NCBI GenBank assembly: GCA_951406725.2
Contig: OX597827.1
Coordinates: 77,066,001-77,130,000 of the forward strand
Direction: 5' to 3'
Length of the DNA stretch: 64,000 bases
Source: Octopus vulgaris
Lineage: Eukaryota
The position numbers and the translations under genes are program-made. Of this stretch, positions 12,340 to 25,101 are shown one piece after another. The notes under the pieces are model-generated. The model worked only from the letters and a program-made list of their open reading frames with translations. It ran no database searches and had not been told where the DNA came from. Every line of letters starts with the position of its first letter. Positions within the stretch are counted from its first letter, which is position 1.

Positions 12340-12815
12340 TTCCATGCTGGTGGTACGTAAAAAGTACCATCCGAATGTGGCCGATGTCAGTACCCCCTGA
12401 CTGACCCCTGTGCTGGTGGCACGTAAAAAGCACCATCAGAATGTGGCCGATGCCAGCAGCTCTGACTGGCCCCTTTGCCGGTGGCATGTAAAAAGCACTG
12501 TCCGAACGTGGCCATTGCCAGTACCCCTTGACTGGCCCCTGTGCTGGTGGCACATAAAAAGCACCATCCGAACGTGCCCGAAGCCAATACCCGCAGACTG
12601 GCCCCTGTGCAGGTGACATGTAAACTGCACCATCCAAACGCAATCAATGCCAGGTACGTAAAAAGCACCCACAACACTCTCGGAGTAGTTGGCATTAGGA
12701 AGGGCATCCAGTTGTAGAAACATTACTAGATCAGATTGGAGCTTGATGCAGCCTCCTGGCTTCTCAGACCATGCTAGCATGGAAAACTGACGTTAAACGA
12801 TGATGATGATGATGA
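12340..12815 (+). mobile_element. RTE-LINE 3' UTR with ~66-bp tandem units and (GAT)n tail
   Basis: AAAAGCAC-like motif at ~12359, 12425, 12490, 12556 and 12622, followed by the RTE tail. Confidence 0.75.
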
Positions 12816-13499
12816 TGGGACAGCATGAAACATTGCCAGATTGGATTGGAACCTGGTGCAGCCTTGTGGCTCTCCAGGCCTCAGTCAAACCGTCCAACCT
12901 ATGCCAGCAGGGAAAACGGATGTTAAATGATGAGAATGATGATGATGATGATGATGATGATGCCTGGCAATCTTCATCATGTTCCTTTGAAACCAGACGT
13001 TTCTCACTTAAAGGAAACACGAGACACCATATTTGATCCTTTAGCATTTAATCTGACCAGATCTGGCCAAAATATTCTCTCCCATTCTAACGGTCAAACT
13101 GACCAGCCCCGGCATCTCACACCTACAATGTCATTCTAAAAATAAAACAATCATTCCATCTAAATCTCAGAACCACCAGATAATGGATGATTAATTCAAA
13201 GCAATGTGAATAATTAAGCATTGGATTTAACAGAGTAATCTGGATGTTAAAGGGTTAATGGAATTAAGGGGGTAAGCTGAAAGAATCGCTAGTAAGCCTG
13301 GGCAAAATGCTTGGTAGCTGGTCGTCTGTCTTTTTATGTTCTGAGTTCAAATTCTGCTGAGGTCGACTTTGTCCTTTCATCAATTTTTTTTGAGGACAAT
13401 AAAATAAGTACCAGTTGAGTACTGGGGGCCGATGCAGTCGACTTAACCCTCCTCCCCCGAGATTTATGGCCTTGTACCAAAATTTGAAACCGACATATT

Positions 13500-13534
13500 T
13501 CATCCTCCTCCTCCTCCTCCTCCTCCTCATCATC

Positions 13535-13586
<52 letters not shown>

Positions 13587-14150
13587 CCATCATCATCACC
13601 ATCATCATCGTCATCATCATCATCGTCATCATCATCGTCATCATCATCATCATCATCGTCGTCGTCGTCATCGTCGTCATCATCATCATCATCACCACCA
13701 TCATCATCATCGTTTAATGTCTGCTTTCAATGGTGGCATGGGATGGACACTTTGAGAGGAGCTGACCAGGCAGAAGACTGCACCAGACTTCTGTGTCTGT
13801 TCTCACATGGTTTTTACAACTGGATGACCTTCCTGACACCAACAACCCCACAGAGTGGACAGAGGGCTTTTTACATGGCACCAGCACATGTAGGGGTTCA
13901 GTTCTCTCTTGGGTCTTACAGCTGGATGCCCTTCCTGACACCAACCACTTTACAGTGTGGAGTGGATGCTTTTTATGTGGCACCAGCACTGGCAGGGTCA
14001 CCAAGTATCTTGCAGGACGAAGATCCTTTGAGGGGGGGTGCATTGGGGGAGGAGGAGGATATGATCTTGTGTCAGATGATGAAAGGTTATAGTGAGACTG
14101 AGAGGCAGAAACAGGTGTTTTGCTGTAGAGGAGGTAGAAGATTACCTGGC
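13500..14150 (-). mobile_element. Diverged RTE 3' region with tail expanded to ~210 bp of (CAT)n/(CGT)n on +
   Basis: CATCGTTTAATGTCTGCTTTC junction at ~13708; body similar to 23289-23700. Confidence 0.6.
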
Positions 14151-14154
14151 CAGG

Positions 14155-14297
14155 GAGAGAAAGAGAGTGAGAGAGAGAGACAGCGACAGACAGACAGACA
14201 AAGAAAGAGAGAGAGACAGACAGACAGACAGAGACAGACAGACAGGCAAAGAAAGAGAGAGGGAGAGAGACAAAGATAGACAGACAGACAGACAGAC

Positions 14298-14336
<39 letters not shown>

Positions 14337-14520
14337 GAAAGAGAGACAGACAGACAGAGAAAGAGAGAGAGACAGATAGACAGATAGAGAAAGAGAGAGA
14401 GACAGATAGATAGACAGACAGAGAAAGAGAGAGAGAGAGGGACAAAGACAGACAGACAGAGAAAGACAGTGAGAGAGATAGAGACAGAGACAGACAGACT
14501 GATAGAGAAAGAGAGAGAGT
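14155..14520. repeat. (GACA)n/(GA)n microsatellite
   Basis: Direct reading. Confidence 0.95.
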
Positions 14521-15087
14521 GAGAAGGCGGGATAGAGGGAGATGAAATACAAAATTATGCAGGATGGCCACAATGATCCACCAGTAATCATCATAGGTCT
14601 GCTTAATCAAAGTTGACCTGGGGTTAAACGACAACAACAACAACTGCGATAACAAGACTAAAGTGAAGTACTGAGACGGTGGGGGAGGGGAATGACTCTG
14701 CGTAGAGCCACCTGTAGATTACTAAATCCTCGTTAAACTGACTGTTAATCCTGGCACTACTTAACGAGCTCATTCACACACCACGACCCATAAGCTATTT
14801 ATCTCCGTGTACATTTCTGCCACACCACAACTTAGTGTGGGTGTATGAGAGAGGAAGGTGGGGAGAGGGGGAGAGCGAGAGAGAGGGAGAGAGAGAGGTA
14901 CAGCTGAGGGCCATCTATCATCATCATCATCATCATTCAACACTCATTTTTCCATGCTGGCATGGGTTGGACGGTTTGACCAGAGCTAGGAAGCTGGAGA
15001 GTTGTACCAGGTTTCATTGTCTGTTTTGGCATTGCTTCTACAGCCAGATGCCCTTCCGAATGCCAACCACTTTACAGAGTGTCCTGG

Positions 15088-15495
15088 GTGCTTTTTTACA
15101 TGGCACCAGCCCCAATGCTTTATACGTGGCGCAGCCCAGTGCTTTTTACATGGCACCAGCCCTAATGCTTTTTACATGGCACTATCCCCAATGCATTTTA
15201 CATGGCACCAGCCCCAACGCTTTATACGTGGCACCAGCCCCAATGCATTTTGCATGGCACCAGCCCCAGTGCTTTTTCAATGGCACCAGCCCCATTGCAT
15301 TTTACGTGGCACCAGCCCCATTGCATTTTGCATGGCACCATCCCCAGTGCTTTTTACATGGCACCAGCCCCAATGCTTTTTCAATGGCACCAGCCCCATT
15401 GCATTTTATGTGGCACCGTCCCCAGTGCTTTTCACATGGCACCAGCCCCAGTGCTTCTTATGTGGAACCATCCCCAGTGCTTTATACATGGACCA
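15088..15495. repeat. ~26-bp minisatellite (TGGCACCAGCCCCARTGCTTTTTACA, ~15 units) inside a minus-strand RTE 3' UTR that starts at 14917
   Basis: Direct reading; the unit contains the TTTTTACATGGCACCAGC word of the RTE 3' UTR units. Confidence 0.85.
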
Positions 15496-15570
15496 GCAAA
15501 AGTAGGGTTTTTTTTTGCCACGCCAGCAGGGTTGCTGAGCAGCATGTGTCATAACAAATACAAAACAGCA

Positions 15571-18500
15571 TTATTTGTCTTGGCAAGATTTGTGTTGTCT
15601 GGAAAAAGTGACAGAAAGAGTTACACGGACATTGCTATCGGACATGGAGTGTCCTTCATTTCGGACAGAGTCCTCCTTCATGCTAAAGGTGACAAGAGAG
15701 AGAGGAAATGAAAGTATTTGCTGACCCTGCTAGACTATTGAGGTTGCCATTGTGGATGTCTAGATTGAATTTCAGGTGGATCATGCCTATAGGGGAAATG
15801 TAGAATAAAGGGATTTCCAGAGGGTGGAAATTGGGGGGAAGAAGGACTAGATGAAGAGCTTAGTGGATGAAACACAGAAGGGATGATGAGAAGATAAACA
15901 GGATATTGAGTTGGCTTAAGCCTTGAGCATTTAATCCAGCCAAATCCTACCCAAATATACTGCCTGTTTTATGTTCATATCAGGAGGATCCAACCTCTCA
16001 CACCTACCCTACAATGTCATTCTTCAGATAAACAGTCATATCAGTGAAATCTGAGAGCTACAACATAATGCACAAGTAATTCAAAATGATGGAAATTGAT
16101 AAGCATTATGTTTGACAGAATAATCCGAATGCCAAAGGATTAACTCTTTTGTTAATATATTTCTATTGAACAAAACTTTGCTTCAAACAATCTTGTAAAT
16201 TAAAAGTTTGGCAAAATTATTTTGTCAGTATTAAACTTATTTCGAACATAAATTAATAGAAACTTTACGATTTTAAATTAGATCACACTAAACACTTTTG
16301 CTACCATATTTCAATTAAAATATGCTGCCTTTCTTTTAATTAATTATGATAATAATGAAAAATGTTTAAAGCTAACTATTGTTGTTAGGCTGGTAATTGG
16401 CCCATAAATTAAGATGGAATTCTGAGGAAAGTTTTAATCTAAATCATTGTAAAACAACGAATTCATATCCTTGACCCTAGGGGCAGCCTTAGAGGCAGGT
16501 TGGGATTGAAAATGTTACATGGGGGATGTTAAACAGTTTAAGGCTACAGAAAAGGTAGAACCTGTTTGGCTTTTGTGTTTTTGTGCTCAGTCTTTTTACC
16601 GTTTTAATTTGTCATCTAGTTCAACATCCCCACCTGGTCTGTAGCCCTTCGGGGCCTTTAGCTGTCCAATCTGAAACAATTATATGGGTCAAGTGTCCCG
16701 TTCTTTTCTTCCATCTTCTAGTCTCAGAGATCTTGGAGATGGAAAGGCGGCAAGCTGGCAGAAATGTTAGCACGCCGGGCGAAATGTGTAGCCATATTTC
16801 GTCTGCCACTATGTCCTGAGTTCAAATTCCGCCAAGGTTGACTTAGACTTTCGTCCTTTCAGGGTCAATTAAATAAGTACCAGTTACCCACTGGGGACAA
16901 TATAATTGACTTAATCCATTTATCTGTCCTTGTTTGTCCCCTCTGTATTTAGCCCCTTGTGGGCAATAAAGAAATAAGATCTTGGAGATGGATATGGATA
17001 CTGTCCTCTCTCCTGCCACTAAACCATATAAAATCTGTAAAGGGTCCTTCAATGGAGATTGTGAGTGAGCTCTAGTTCTACACCAGGCATTCTTATTGTT
17101 GGCTTCCTCACTCAAACTCTCTTCTTGTGTCAAGTGGAAGCCTCCACTCACTCAAGGCCATTTCACTCCTCAACTCAGTCTGCCAGTGAAATTACAGTTT
17201 TAAAATCAAGTGAAGGCCAAGTCAACTAGAACAGGGATTCTCAACCATTTTTGTCCAATAGACCCCTTTGGTTTCGATTTTATGTGGGTTGACCCTCAGC
17301 CAATTCTATGTTAAAAAAAAAATTTTTTTTTGTATTTTTATAATTAAATATTATTAAGAATTGTTTTAAAAAATTGTTAAAATATTTTGTGTATAGGTGC
17401 AGGAGTGACTGTGTGGTAAGTAGCTTGCTTACCAACCACATGGTTCCAGGTTCAGTCCCACTGTGTGGCACCTTGGGCAAGTGCGTTCTACTATTGCCTC
17501 GGGCTGACCAAAGCATTGTGAGTGGATTTGGTAGACGGAAACTGAAAGAAGCCCATCGTATATATGTATGTGTGTGTATATGTTTGTGTGTGTGTGTTTG
17601 TTACCCCACCATTGCTTGACAACCGATGCTGGTGTGTTTATATCCCCGTAACTTAGCAGTTTGGCAAAAGAAACCTATAGAATAAGTACTAGGCTTACAA
17701 AGAATAAGTTCAGGGGTTGATTTGCTCGACTAAAGGCGGTGTTCCAGCATGGCCGCAGTCAAATGACTGAAACAAGTAAAAGAGTAGAAGTGTAACCAAT
17801 TAATTGCACATAATTTTCAACACAAAATATTCTGTGAACCCCCAAGGAACATATGGACCCTGGGTTTGAACCACTGAAGGAGAATGTAGCCAAGCAAGAG
17901 CGCACTGAGCCATCGGTCAATTGGGCACTGCCCGAGGGCCCCGGGCAGTGCCCAATTAACCGATGCCTCAGTTCGATCTGAGGGGCCCCTCACTCTACAT
18001 GTTAACTCTACTAAAACACGCATTCAAATGGGCCCAGTAAACAGTTCTGCCTGAGGGCCCTTAATACTCTCAGTCTGCCCCTGTAGCCAAGTAATTTACA
18101 GTGCTCCCTTGACCGAAAAAATACAGTGGACACTCCTCCATCACTACACTCCCGTCTTCCTTGTTCCATACAAAAACAGAAGCCGATATGAGTGTCAAAA
18201 GCTGTTTATGAGGGTGGCTTAAGACGTTCACAGAAGAATAATAAAAGGCTTTATCAGATCAAATATCTAAATGTGTGTTTGTGTGCCTTTGTGTCTTTCT
18301 TCTCCACTTGACAACCGGTGTTGGTGTGTTTACATCCCTGCAACTTAGCAATTCAGCAAACGAGACTGATAGAATAAATACCAGGCTTTAAAAAAAAAAA
18401 GAAATACTGGAGTCGATTTGTTTGACTAAAATTCTTCAAGGTGGTGCCCCAGCATGGCCACAGTCTATTGACTGAAACAAGTAGAAAGTAAAAGATGTAC

Positions 18501-18936
18501 TCAACCAATGGTCAGAGATTGTATATATTTTTTTCTTTACTACCCACAAGAGGCTAAACACAGAGGGGACAAACAAGGACAGAGAAAGGGATTAAGTCTA
18601 TTACATCTACTCCAGTGCGTAACTGGTACTTATTTAATCGACCCCGAAAGGATTAAAGGCAAAGTCGACCTCGGCAGAATTCGAACTCGGAACGTAACGA
18701 CAGACGAAATACGGCTACGCATTTCGCCCGGCGTGCTAACGTTTCTGTCAGCTCGCCGCCTGTGATTGTATAGCCCCCAGGCCAGCACTTATCAAGCAGG
18801 CTCATCCTCAAATCTATTCCAGCTATGACCATCCTAATGCAACAGCTGCTTACTCATAACGAGCCTTTGCTTTTCCATGTAGGACCTGCCTAGTTGTCAC
18901 CTGCATCTCCCTAGAATGGGAGAATTGTTTTGCCAT
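15571..18936 (-). CDS. Candidate spliced orphan gene, ~127 aa (exons 18936-18854, 18217-18100, 16670-16600, 15682-15571)
   Basis: Start context AAT-ATG-G; GT..AG boundaries with compatible phases 2/0/2; exons lie in non-repetitive islands. No homology recognised; model assembled by eye. Confidence 0.35.
16744..16976 (+). mobile_element. SINE family B with 16-bp target-site duplication
   Basis: AGATCTTGGAGATGGA at 16728-16743 and 16977-16992. Confidence 0.85.
17232..17876. mobile_element. hAT/Charlie-like MITE interrupted by SINE A
   Basis: Termini CAGGGATTCTCAACC ... GGTTTGAACCACTG; 8-bp flanks AACTAGAA/AAGGAGAA. Confidence 0.55.
17394..17787 (+). mobile_element. tRNA-derived SINE, family A, full length
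   Basis: Head with TGTGTGGTAAG and GGTTCAGTCCC boxes, CCTTGGGCAAGT core word, end GAAACAAGTAAAAGAG. Confidence 0.85.
17895..18083. mobile_element. hAT-like MITE with perfect 8-bp TSD
   Basis: TAGCCAAG at 17887-17894 and 18084-18091; imperfect TIRs CAAGAGCGCACTGAG / CTCAGTCTGCCCCTG. Confidence 0.7.
18530..18762 (-). mobile_element. SINE family B
   Basis: Reverse complement of the 16744 copy; TSD GATTGTATA at 18517 and 18764. Confidence 0.85.
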
Positions 18937-19379
18937 ATTCCTCTGAAAAATGGTGCGATTTTCTCTGCTTAATGCCAATAACAAAAAAGAGGTCGTATGG
19001 TGGACAAGGAGTTTAAGGACCGAGTCCAGAACTTCAAATAAAGCTTTCAATAAGAGGAAGGAAAAGCAACAGGGGTTCAAAACAGCTGAAGTCTCTTAGG
19101 AAAAGAAAAAAAAAAGTCGTTTTTTTGTCTTTGTTTTTTATTTTATTTATTTATTTTATTTTATTTTTGTATTTCCGTGATCCCTGCAACGGAAATTACG
19201 ATTCTGATGTTAAACTAAACATAAACATTTTATTTTTTTTCAACAATTCTAACTTTTAGCAGTTTTGTCTCTCCCACCCCACATTTCCGTAACCTTTTTC
19301 CTTGCTCCAAGAGATCTGAGTCATCAGATCCAAAACCCCACCAAAAATCCCCCCATATAAATATAGATATAATAAAGAG

Positions 19380-20100
19380 ATTAAACGGGTGTGCGCCGGC
19401 ATGGATATTAGGGCGATGGATCACCCCCCCTCCACTCACGTTAACAGGTGAGATCGAAGCGAAAGCAACGAACCTCTAATCACAACGAGGTAGTTCGTTT
19501 TCTTTCACCTGTCCTAAATTTGCCTGGTATTGCTGCTACTCCACATTTTGGGATTTATGAGCAGATAAATTTTTATAAAACTATATTCTAAATAATCGAT
19601 ATATAAAATATTAAATTTCTTTTTTTTAATAAAAATGCTTTTGTTTATATATTATTATTTTTTTTTTATTAAAATACTGTTCACACTATTTTCTTTTCAT
19701 CATCGATGCAAGTGTCATTTCGGTAACCTCTTGAGGCAAATAGAGAAATCCTTATTTGTGAACACTTATTTCGAATAATAATAATAATAATAATAATGAT
19801 AATAATAATAACAATAATAATAATATTAATATTAGTAATAATAATGATCGTGATGATTTCTAATAAATAATTGCGTGTAGTCGGTTGCTTATCGTTAAAA
19901 GTTGCATTAGGGGGCGGAAGAAAAGTCTAAGTGGAGGAGGGGGGCACCGGTGTAAAAGTCCCGGGGAAAATATATCCGACATTTCGGGGCTAAAAGTAAA
20001 AAAAAAAAACATAAAGTGGCGAGTAGCCTTGAGACACGGGTCGAAGTGAATCGATGGAGGAGGCAAGAAATTAGTGAAATACACCAACGTCAGGTATAAA
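19380..20100. promoter_or_regulatory. Candidate bidirectional promoter with two divergent first exons
   Basis: Two CpG-enriched blocks around an AT-rich core; GGGGCGGAAG at 19911; + donor CAG|GTATAA at 20093/20094; - donor AAC|GTGAGT at 19440/19439. Confidence 0.55.
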
Positions 20101-20540
20101 GTGCTAATTATTTTCGTCTGTTATCCGCTGACATTGTGTTTAAGCGCCCAGTGCCTGTGAAATTTTTCGTTATACTCGTGCATCCTTTAAATAATCCCTG
20201 TGAAATAATGCTTATACCATGCTAGATAAATTCACATAGCCACACAGGCAGACATACATTTAATTCTACATCCATCCTGGCCGTATGTCTGTCTATTGAT
20301 TTCTCAATGCGTCTCCTTTTTGGTTGAGGTTTCTTCTTCTTCTTGGCCATCCACCTATCTGTCCGTCTGCATCCATCAATCTCTCTCTCTCTCTATCTCC
20401 ACATATATGCCGTTACACAATATACGTTTATTAAGTTCATATACCTAGACACACAGACAAATTAGCACCTGAGGATTTCCCAAATACACACACACACAAA
20501 CGTGCGACACGTACATAAAAGCGTGTATATGTGTGTTTAA

Positions 20541-20596
<56 letters not shown>

Positions 20597-20945
20597 CGTG
20601 TTATATATGCACATCCACATATATGTATGCAAACGCATTTTGTATTTTAAAATTAATAGATCAATATGTCCCACAATATTTCTGTCATGCAGTTTTTATT
20701 TATTAAAAACAAACGAGATGGGATTCTGTGGAGTTCATCCATACCTCAACAGCATTAGTGATGTAATTTAAATGAAAAATATCCATGCAACCGGCAATCG
20801 GGTCTTATTTATTATTAAACAATATTGAAACCTTACGCATATAAAAATATACACCTTGTATTTTGTATTGTGCAAATAATTATTCATACCCGAGCGTAAA
20901 CACTATTGAATTTATATAAACAGAAATGTTATATGCATGTGCATT

Positions 20946-20978
<33 letters not shown>

Positions 20979-21405
20979 ATTTGCGTGTTCGTGTGTAATT
21001 ATTTGAGGGCAGTGCCCCAGCATGGGCAAACTCGAAGGCTTCAAATCAAGGAATAGAAATACACATAAATCAGCATCTATTTATTTATATATATTTATGT
21101 ATATACTAATAATGTATGCATAATTTATACACTAACTGTTACAGATCTTCCTTCCTTAATTAAGTGCTAAAATTAATTAAACACAAGAGAATTTCTTTGA
21201 TGAACAAAAAACAAAAAAACTTTTCAGTTAATTCTCCCGACACGTTCCGAATTATCTCCCTTGCCAATGACCTGTTTCTCCAACCGCCCTCCCCCCACTT
21301 TCCTTCCTTCCACCCCCACCACCACTACCACTCCCTTATAATAAGGTCTTCGTTCTCTCCTCTCTCTCCCCCCACCCTTCCCATGACAACTCACAGAACT
21401 ACCAC

Positions 21406-21445
<40 letters not shown>

Positions 21446-21669
21446 TCAGTCTCTTTCTCACTCTATCTCTTTATCTCCAGGCTGTTCTCATCCATCCACA
21501 CTTTTTTCTCTCTCCCCTCCCCCCCGGTGCCTTTTTTGCTGCTGCCTTCGTCCTACACCTTCTCATATATGTGTGTGTGTGTGTGTGTCTGGTATAAGAT
21601 GATCTCCAGAGAGAGATAGGATGAGGGCGAGGTTAATCATTCTAGCTGGAGATAAATATATTTGTATTT

Positions 21670-21709
21670 AATATCATACACACACATATATATATATATA
21701 TATGTATAT

Positions 21710-21762
<53 letters not shown>

Positions 21763-21956
21763 TATATATATATACATATAAGTATATATATACATACATA
21801 TATATATATATACATACATATATATGTAGTACATATATACACATAAATACGTACATATACACCTACACGTGCACACACATACAATTGTATGTATAATTTT
21901 CATATACATATGCATATAAACATATATATACACAAAAGTATGCAAACATTTATGCT

Positions 21957-22026
<70 letters not shown>

Positions 22027-22099
22027 TATGTATAGATACATGCTTATACATAGACACATACATATACATATATATATATATATGTATAGACACATACTT

Positions 22100-22149
<50 letters not shown>

Positions 22150-22150
22150 T
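21670..22150. repeat. (TA)n/(CA)n microsatellite
   Basis: Direct reading. Confidence 0.95.
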
Positions 22151-22790
22151 CATATACAATTGAGATTTTTCTTTGATGATTTTCTTTCCAAGGGTTGGAG
22201 TGCATGTACCCAACGGCAGCATTTCGCCACCCACCCTTATTCTACATTAACCCTGTGTAGCAACATCTTGATGGGTTTGTCTTTCTTTTCTGGGGGTGGG
22301 TGAACGTGGAGTGGTTGGGTTTTCTCTGGGAGTGTTAAGGGAAACAGAAATATTAAAGGAAAAAATGATGTGGGAAGAGAGAAAGGAAGACTGTGGAAGA
22401 ATACGGTGGTGGGGGCCATTTGTGGAAAGGAAGGGACTTGTTGCAAAGATGGGAATCACATAAGGGAAAACAGGGGTGGGATATAAGGAATGTTTGTGTA
22501 CACACTCATACAGATGGATATGTATGCTTGAGCCTGTTGTGGCACCTGGTGCCACGGAGCAGCCAGTACACTCTGTAATGTGGTTGGCATTTGGAAGGGC
22601 ATCCTGCTATAACAGACAATGGAACCTGGTATCGTCAAACCATCCAATCCATTCTAGCATGGAAAACAGACATTGAATGATGATGTGTGTGTGTGAGAGA
22701 TATATATATATATATGTGTGTGACCGTGTGTGTACTGTTGGCGATTTTTTTTCCTCTGTCTTCCCTTCCTTGGATCTTTCCTTTTCCTAT

Positions 22791-22825
22791 GTTTCTGACG
22801 AAGTGCTCCGCTTGAAACGTTAAAT
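22791..22825 (+). ncRNA. Minimal hammerhead motif (mutated stem II) inside a short repeat at ~22730-22925
   Basis: GTTT-CTGACGA-A-GTGC TCC GCTT-GAAA-CGTT-AAAT. Confidence 0.6.
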
Positions 22826-22920
22826 CTTCCTTCTTTCCATCCTTTCCTGAGCGTCCAGTAACACTATACTTGTTCCACGTCCTCGCGTTGTGTTTTCTTT
22901 TTGTTTTTTCATGTTTGGAT

Positions 22921-22971
<51 letters not shown>

Positions 22972-24704
22972 GCGAATATCTGACACCCTTTGTGCTAGAA
23001 ACACATGTCCACAACTGTCCCCTCATCTCTAGATAAGAACCCTTTCCTTACCCATAACAACATGTCATCTTTAGAGGATTCTTGATCCTTGGTCTTATCC
23101 CCCATTTTTGTATGAAGCTACTCTCATTTCTCATTCATTAATTACGATACATCGTCTAGAGACGGGAGAATTTTCATAAATTATGAATTTATGTCAAGTG
23201 GTCTATAATATACTTGTATTTGTCTATGTTGTCTAAATTAAAGTCTCTGGTCAGTTTGAGTTAGTTCTTGTAACTTATGTTCGTTTAATCATCATCATCA
23301 TTATCGTTTATCGTCTGTCTTCTATGCTGGCATGGGTGGGATGGTTTGACAGGAACTGGCCAGACAGAAGATTCCACCAGACTTTTATGTCTGTTTCGCA
23401 TGGCTTTTACAGCTGGATGCCCATCCTAACACCAACCACTCAGCAGAATGGACTGAGTGCTCTTTACATGGCACAAGCACAGGCGAGGTCAGTTTTGGCA
23501 AGGTTTTTACAGCTGGATGCCTTTCCAAATGCCAACCACTTTACAGTGTGGACTGGATGCTTTTTAAGTGGCACCTACACTGATAGGATCACCAAGTACC
23601 TTGCAAGACAAAAAATCTTTTGAGAGGGGAAGGGATCTTGTGTTGGATGATGAAAGGTTATAGTGAGGCAGAAACAGGTGTCTTGCTGTAGAGGAGGTAC
23701 AAGATTTCCTGGCCAGAGAGAGAGAGAGAGAGAGATCAGGAATGAGTTCAGAAAACAGGTGTGCTGCCACAAAGGAAATACATGGTTACCCAACCTGAGG
23801 GAAGTGTAGGAGAAGGAGAGAACGGAAGACAACAGGATAGAGATGGTGGCAAGGTGCTGCACAAACTTACAAGGGATATGGATCAGAATATAAATGGGAT
23901 GGTCAAGTAAAAGAAGAGAGAGATATAGATGGTGGCAAGTGCCAGGGCATACCTTTGAGGTTCAAAGGTCATAATATGAGTGGCAGGATATTGCCAAAGA
24001 AACATGATTAGAGAGTGGAAGGTGGAGTGCAGTGAGTGGTGGAAACCCTGGGTATATAGAGTGGGGGGGGAGCTATCAGACTGCAATGATACAGAGAAAC
24101 AGGGCCCCATGAAGACAGGGTTGGGGAGTGGGCGGTAAGTATAGTGCATGAAAGAGGAAATGTGAGGAAGAGAAGAGATGTAGTTTGGTTTGTTGGGGTA
24201 GGGTGTGGGTAGAACACAGGTCAGGGGCTACTGGATAGTAAGGATATGGTGAAAAAGGGCCAAGAGGGCAGGATTGGGGAGTGGGAGGTAAGCATAATGC
24301 ATGAAAGAGGAAATGTGAGGAAGGGAAGAGATGTAGTTTGGTTTGTTGGGGTAGGGTGTGTGAGAAATTTTTTTTGTTAAGTGTGGGTGGGACACACAGT
24401 GCTTCTTTGACATAGTGGTTAGATTTCATTCCCTGACTGGGCATCGTGTTGTGTTCTTGAGCAAGACACTTCATTTTCACATTGCTGTAGTGCTGTGTGA
24501 GGACTGGCATGACAAAGAATAGACCCAACATTTCCTCTGCTTATCTTGAGAAGACGACCCATGAAGCCAAGTGAAAGCATAGTTGTGGCAGATACTGGTG
24601 TCACACAAATGGCACCTATGCCAGTGGTACGTAAAAGCACTAATTACACTCTTGGAATGGTTAGTGTTAGGAAGGGCATCCAGCTGTAGAAACCTTGCCA
24701 AATC

Positions 24705-24858
24705 AAGGCGGCGAGCTGGCAGAAACGTTAGCATGCCGGGTGAAATGCGTAGCCGTATTTCGTCTGCCGTTACGTTCTGAGTTCTAATTCCGCTGAGGTC
24801 GACTTTGCCTTTCATCCTTTCGGGGTCGATAAATTAAGTACCAGTTACGCACTGGGGT
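24705..24858 (+). mobile_element. SINE B nested in an RTE 3' fragment (24560-24938)
   Basis: RTE 3' UTR words stop at ~24704 and resume at ~24860, ending in (GAT)n. Confidence 0.7.
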
Positions 24859-25009
24859 CTCCTCAGCTTGCCAGCCCTGATCGAACCGTCCAACCCATGC
24901 CACCATGGACAATGGATGTTTAACGATGATGATGATGAAATACATATACATATAAATGTGTGTATATATTGAGTAAATTTCACGTTATACTTTTTCTAAG
25001 TTTTGTTAA

Positions 25010-25101
25010 AAACACTGATGAGGTGCACCAAGAAGATTCTGTGGTTTGACCAAATGATTGTGCAATTCTGTCAGCTGATTTACTGAAACATGTGTATGTT
25101 T
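25010..25101 (+). ncRNA. Type I hammerhead motif with a long stem II insert
   Basis: AAACA-CTGATGA-GGTG...TACT-GAAAC-ATGT-GTA-TGTTT. Confidence 0.6.

Noticed and set aside
14835-15711. Repetitive ORFs of 167-239 aa
   Set aside because: Open in all three frames because the 26-bp unit lacks stops; embedded in an RTE remnant.
19487-19493. let-7 seed GAGGTAG in the hairpin
   Set aside because: The remainder does not match let-7 and the seed is on the wrong arm; a 7-mer match is expected by chance.
24121-24360. 87-bp direct repeat with 153-bp offset (similar case at 6190-6545)
   Set aside because: An ordinary local duplication with no LTR hallmarks.
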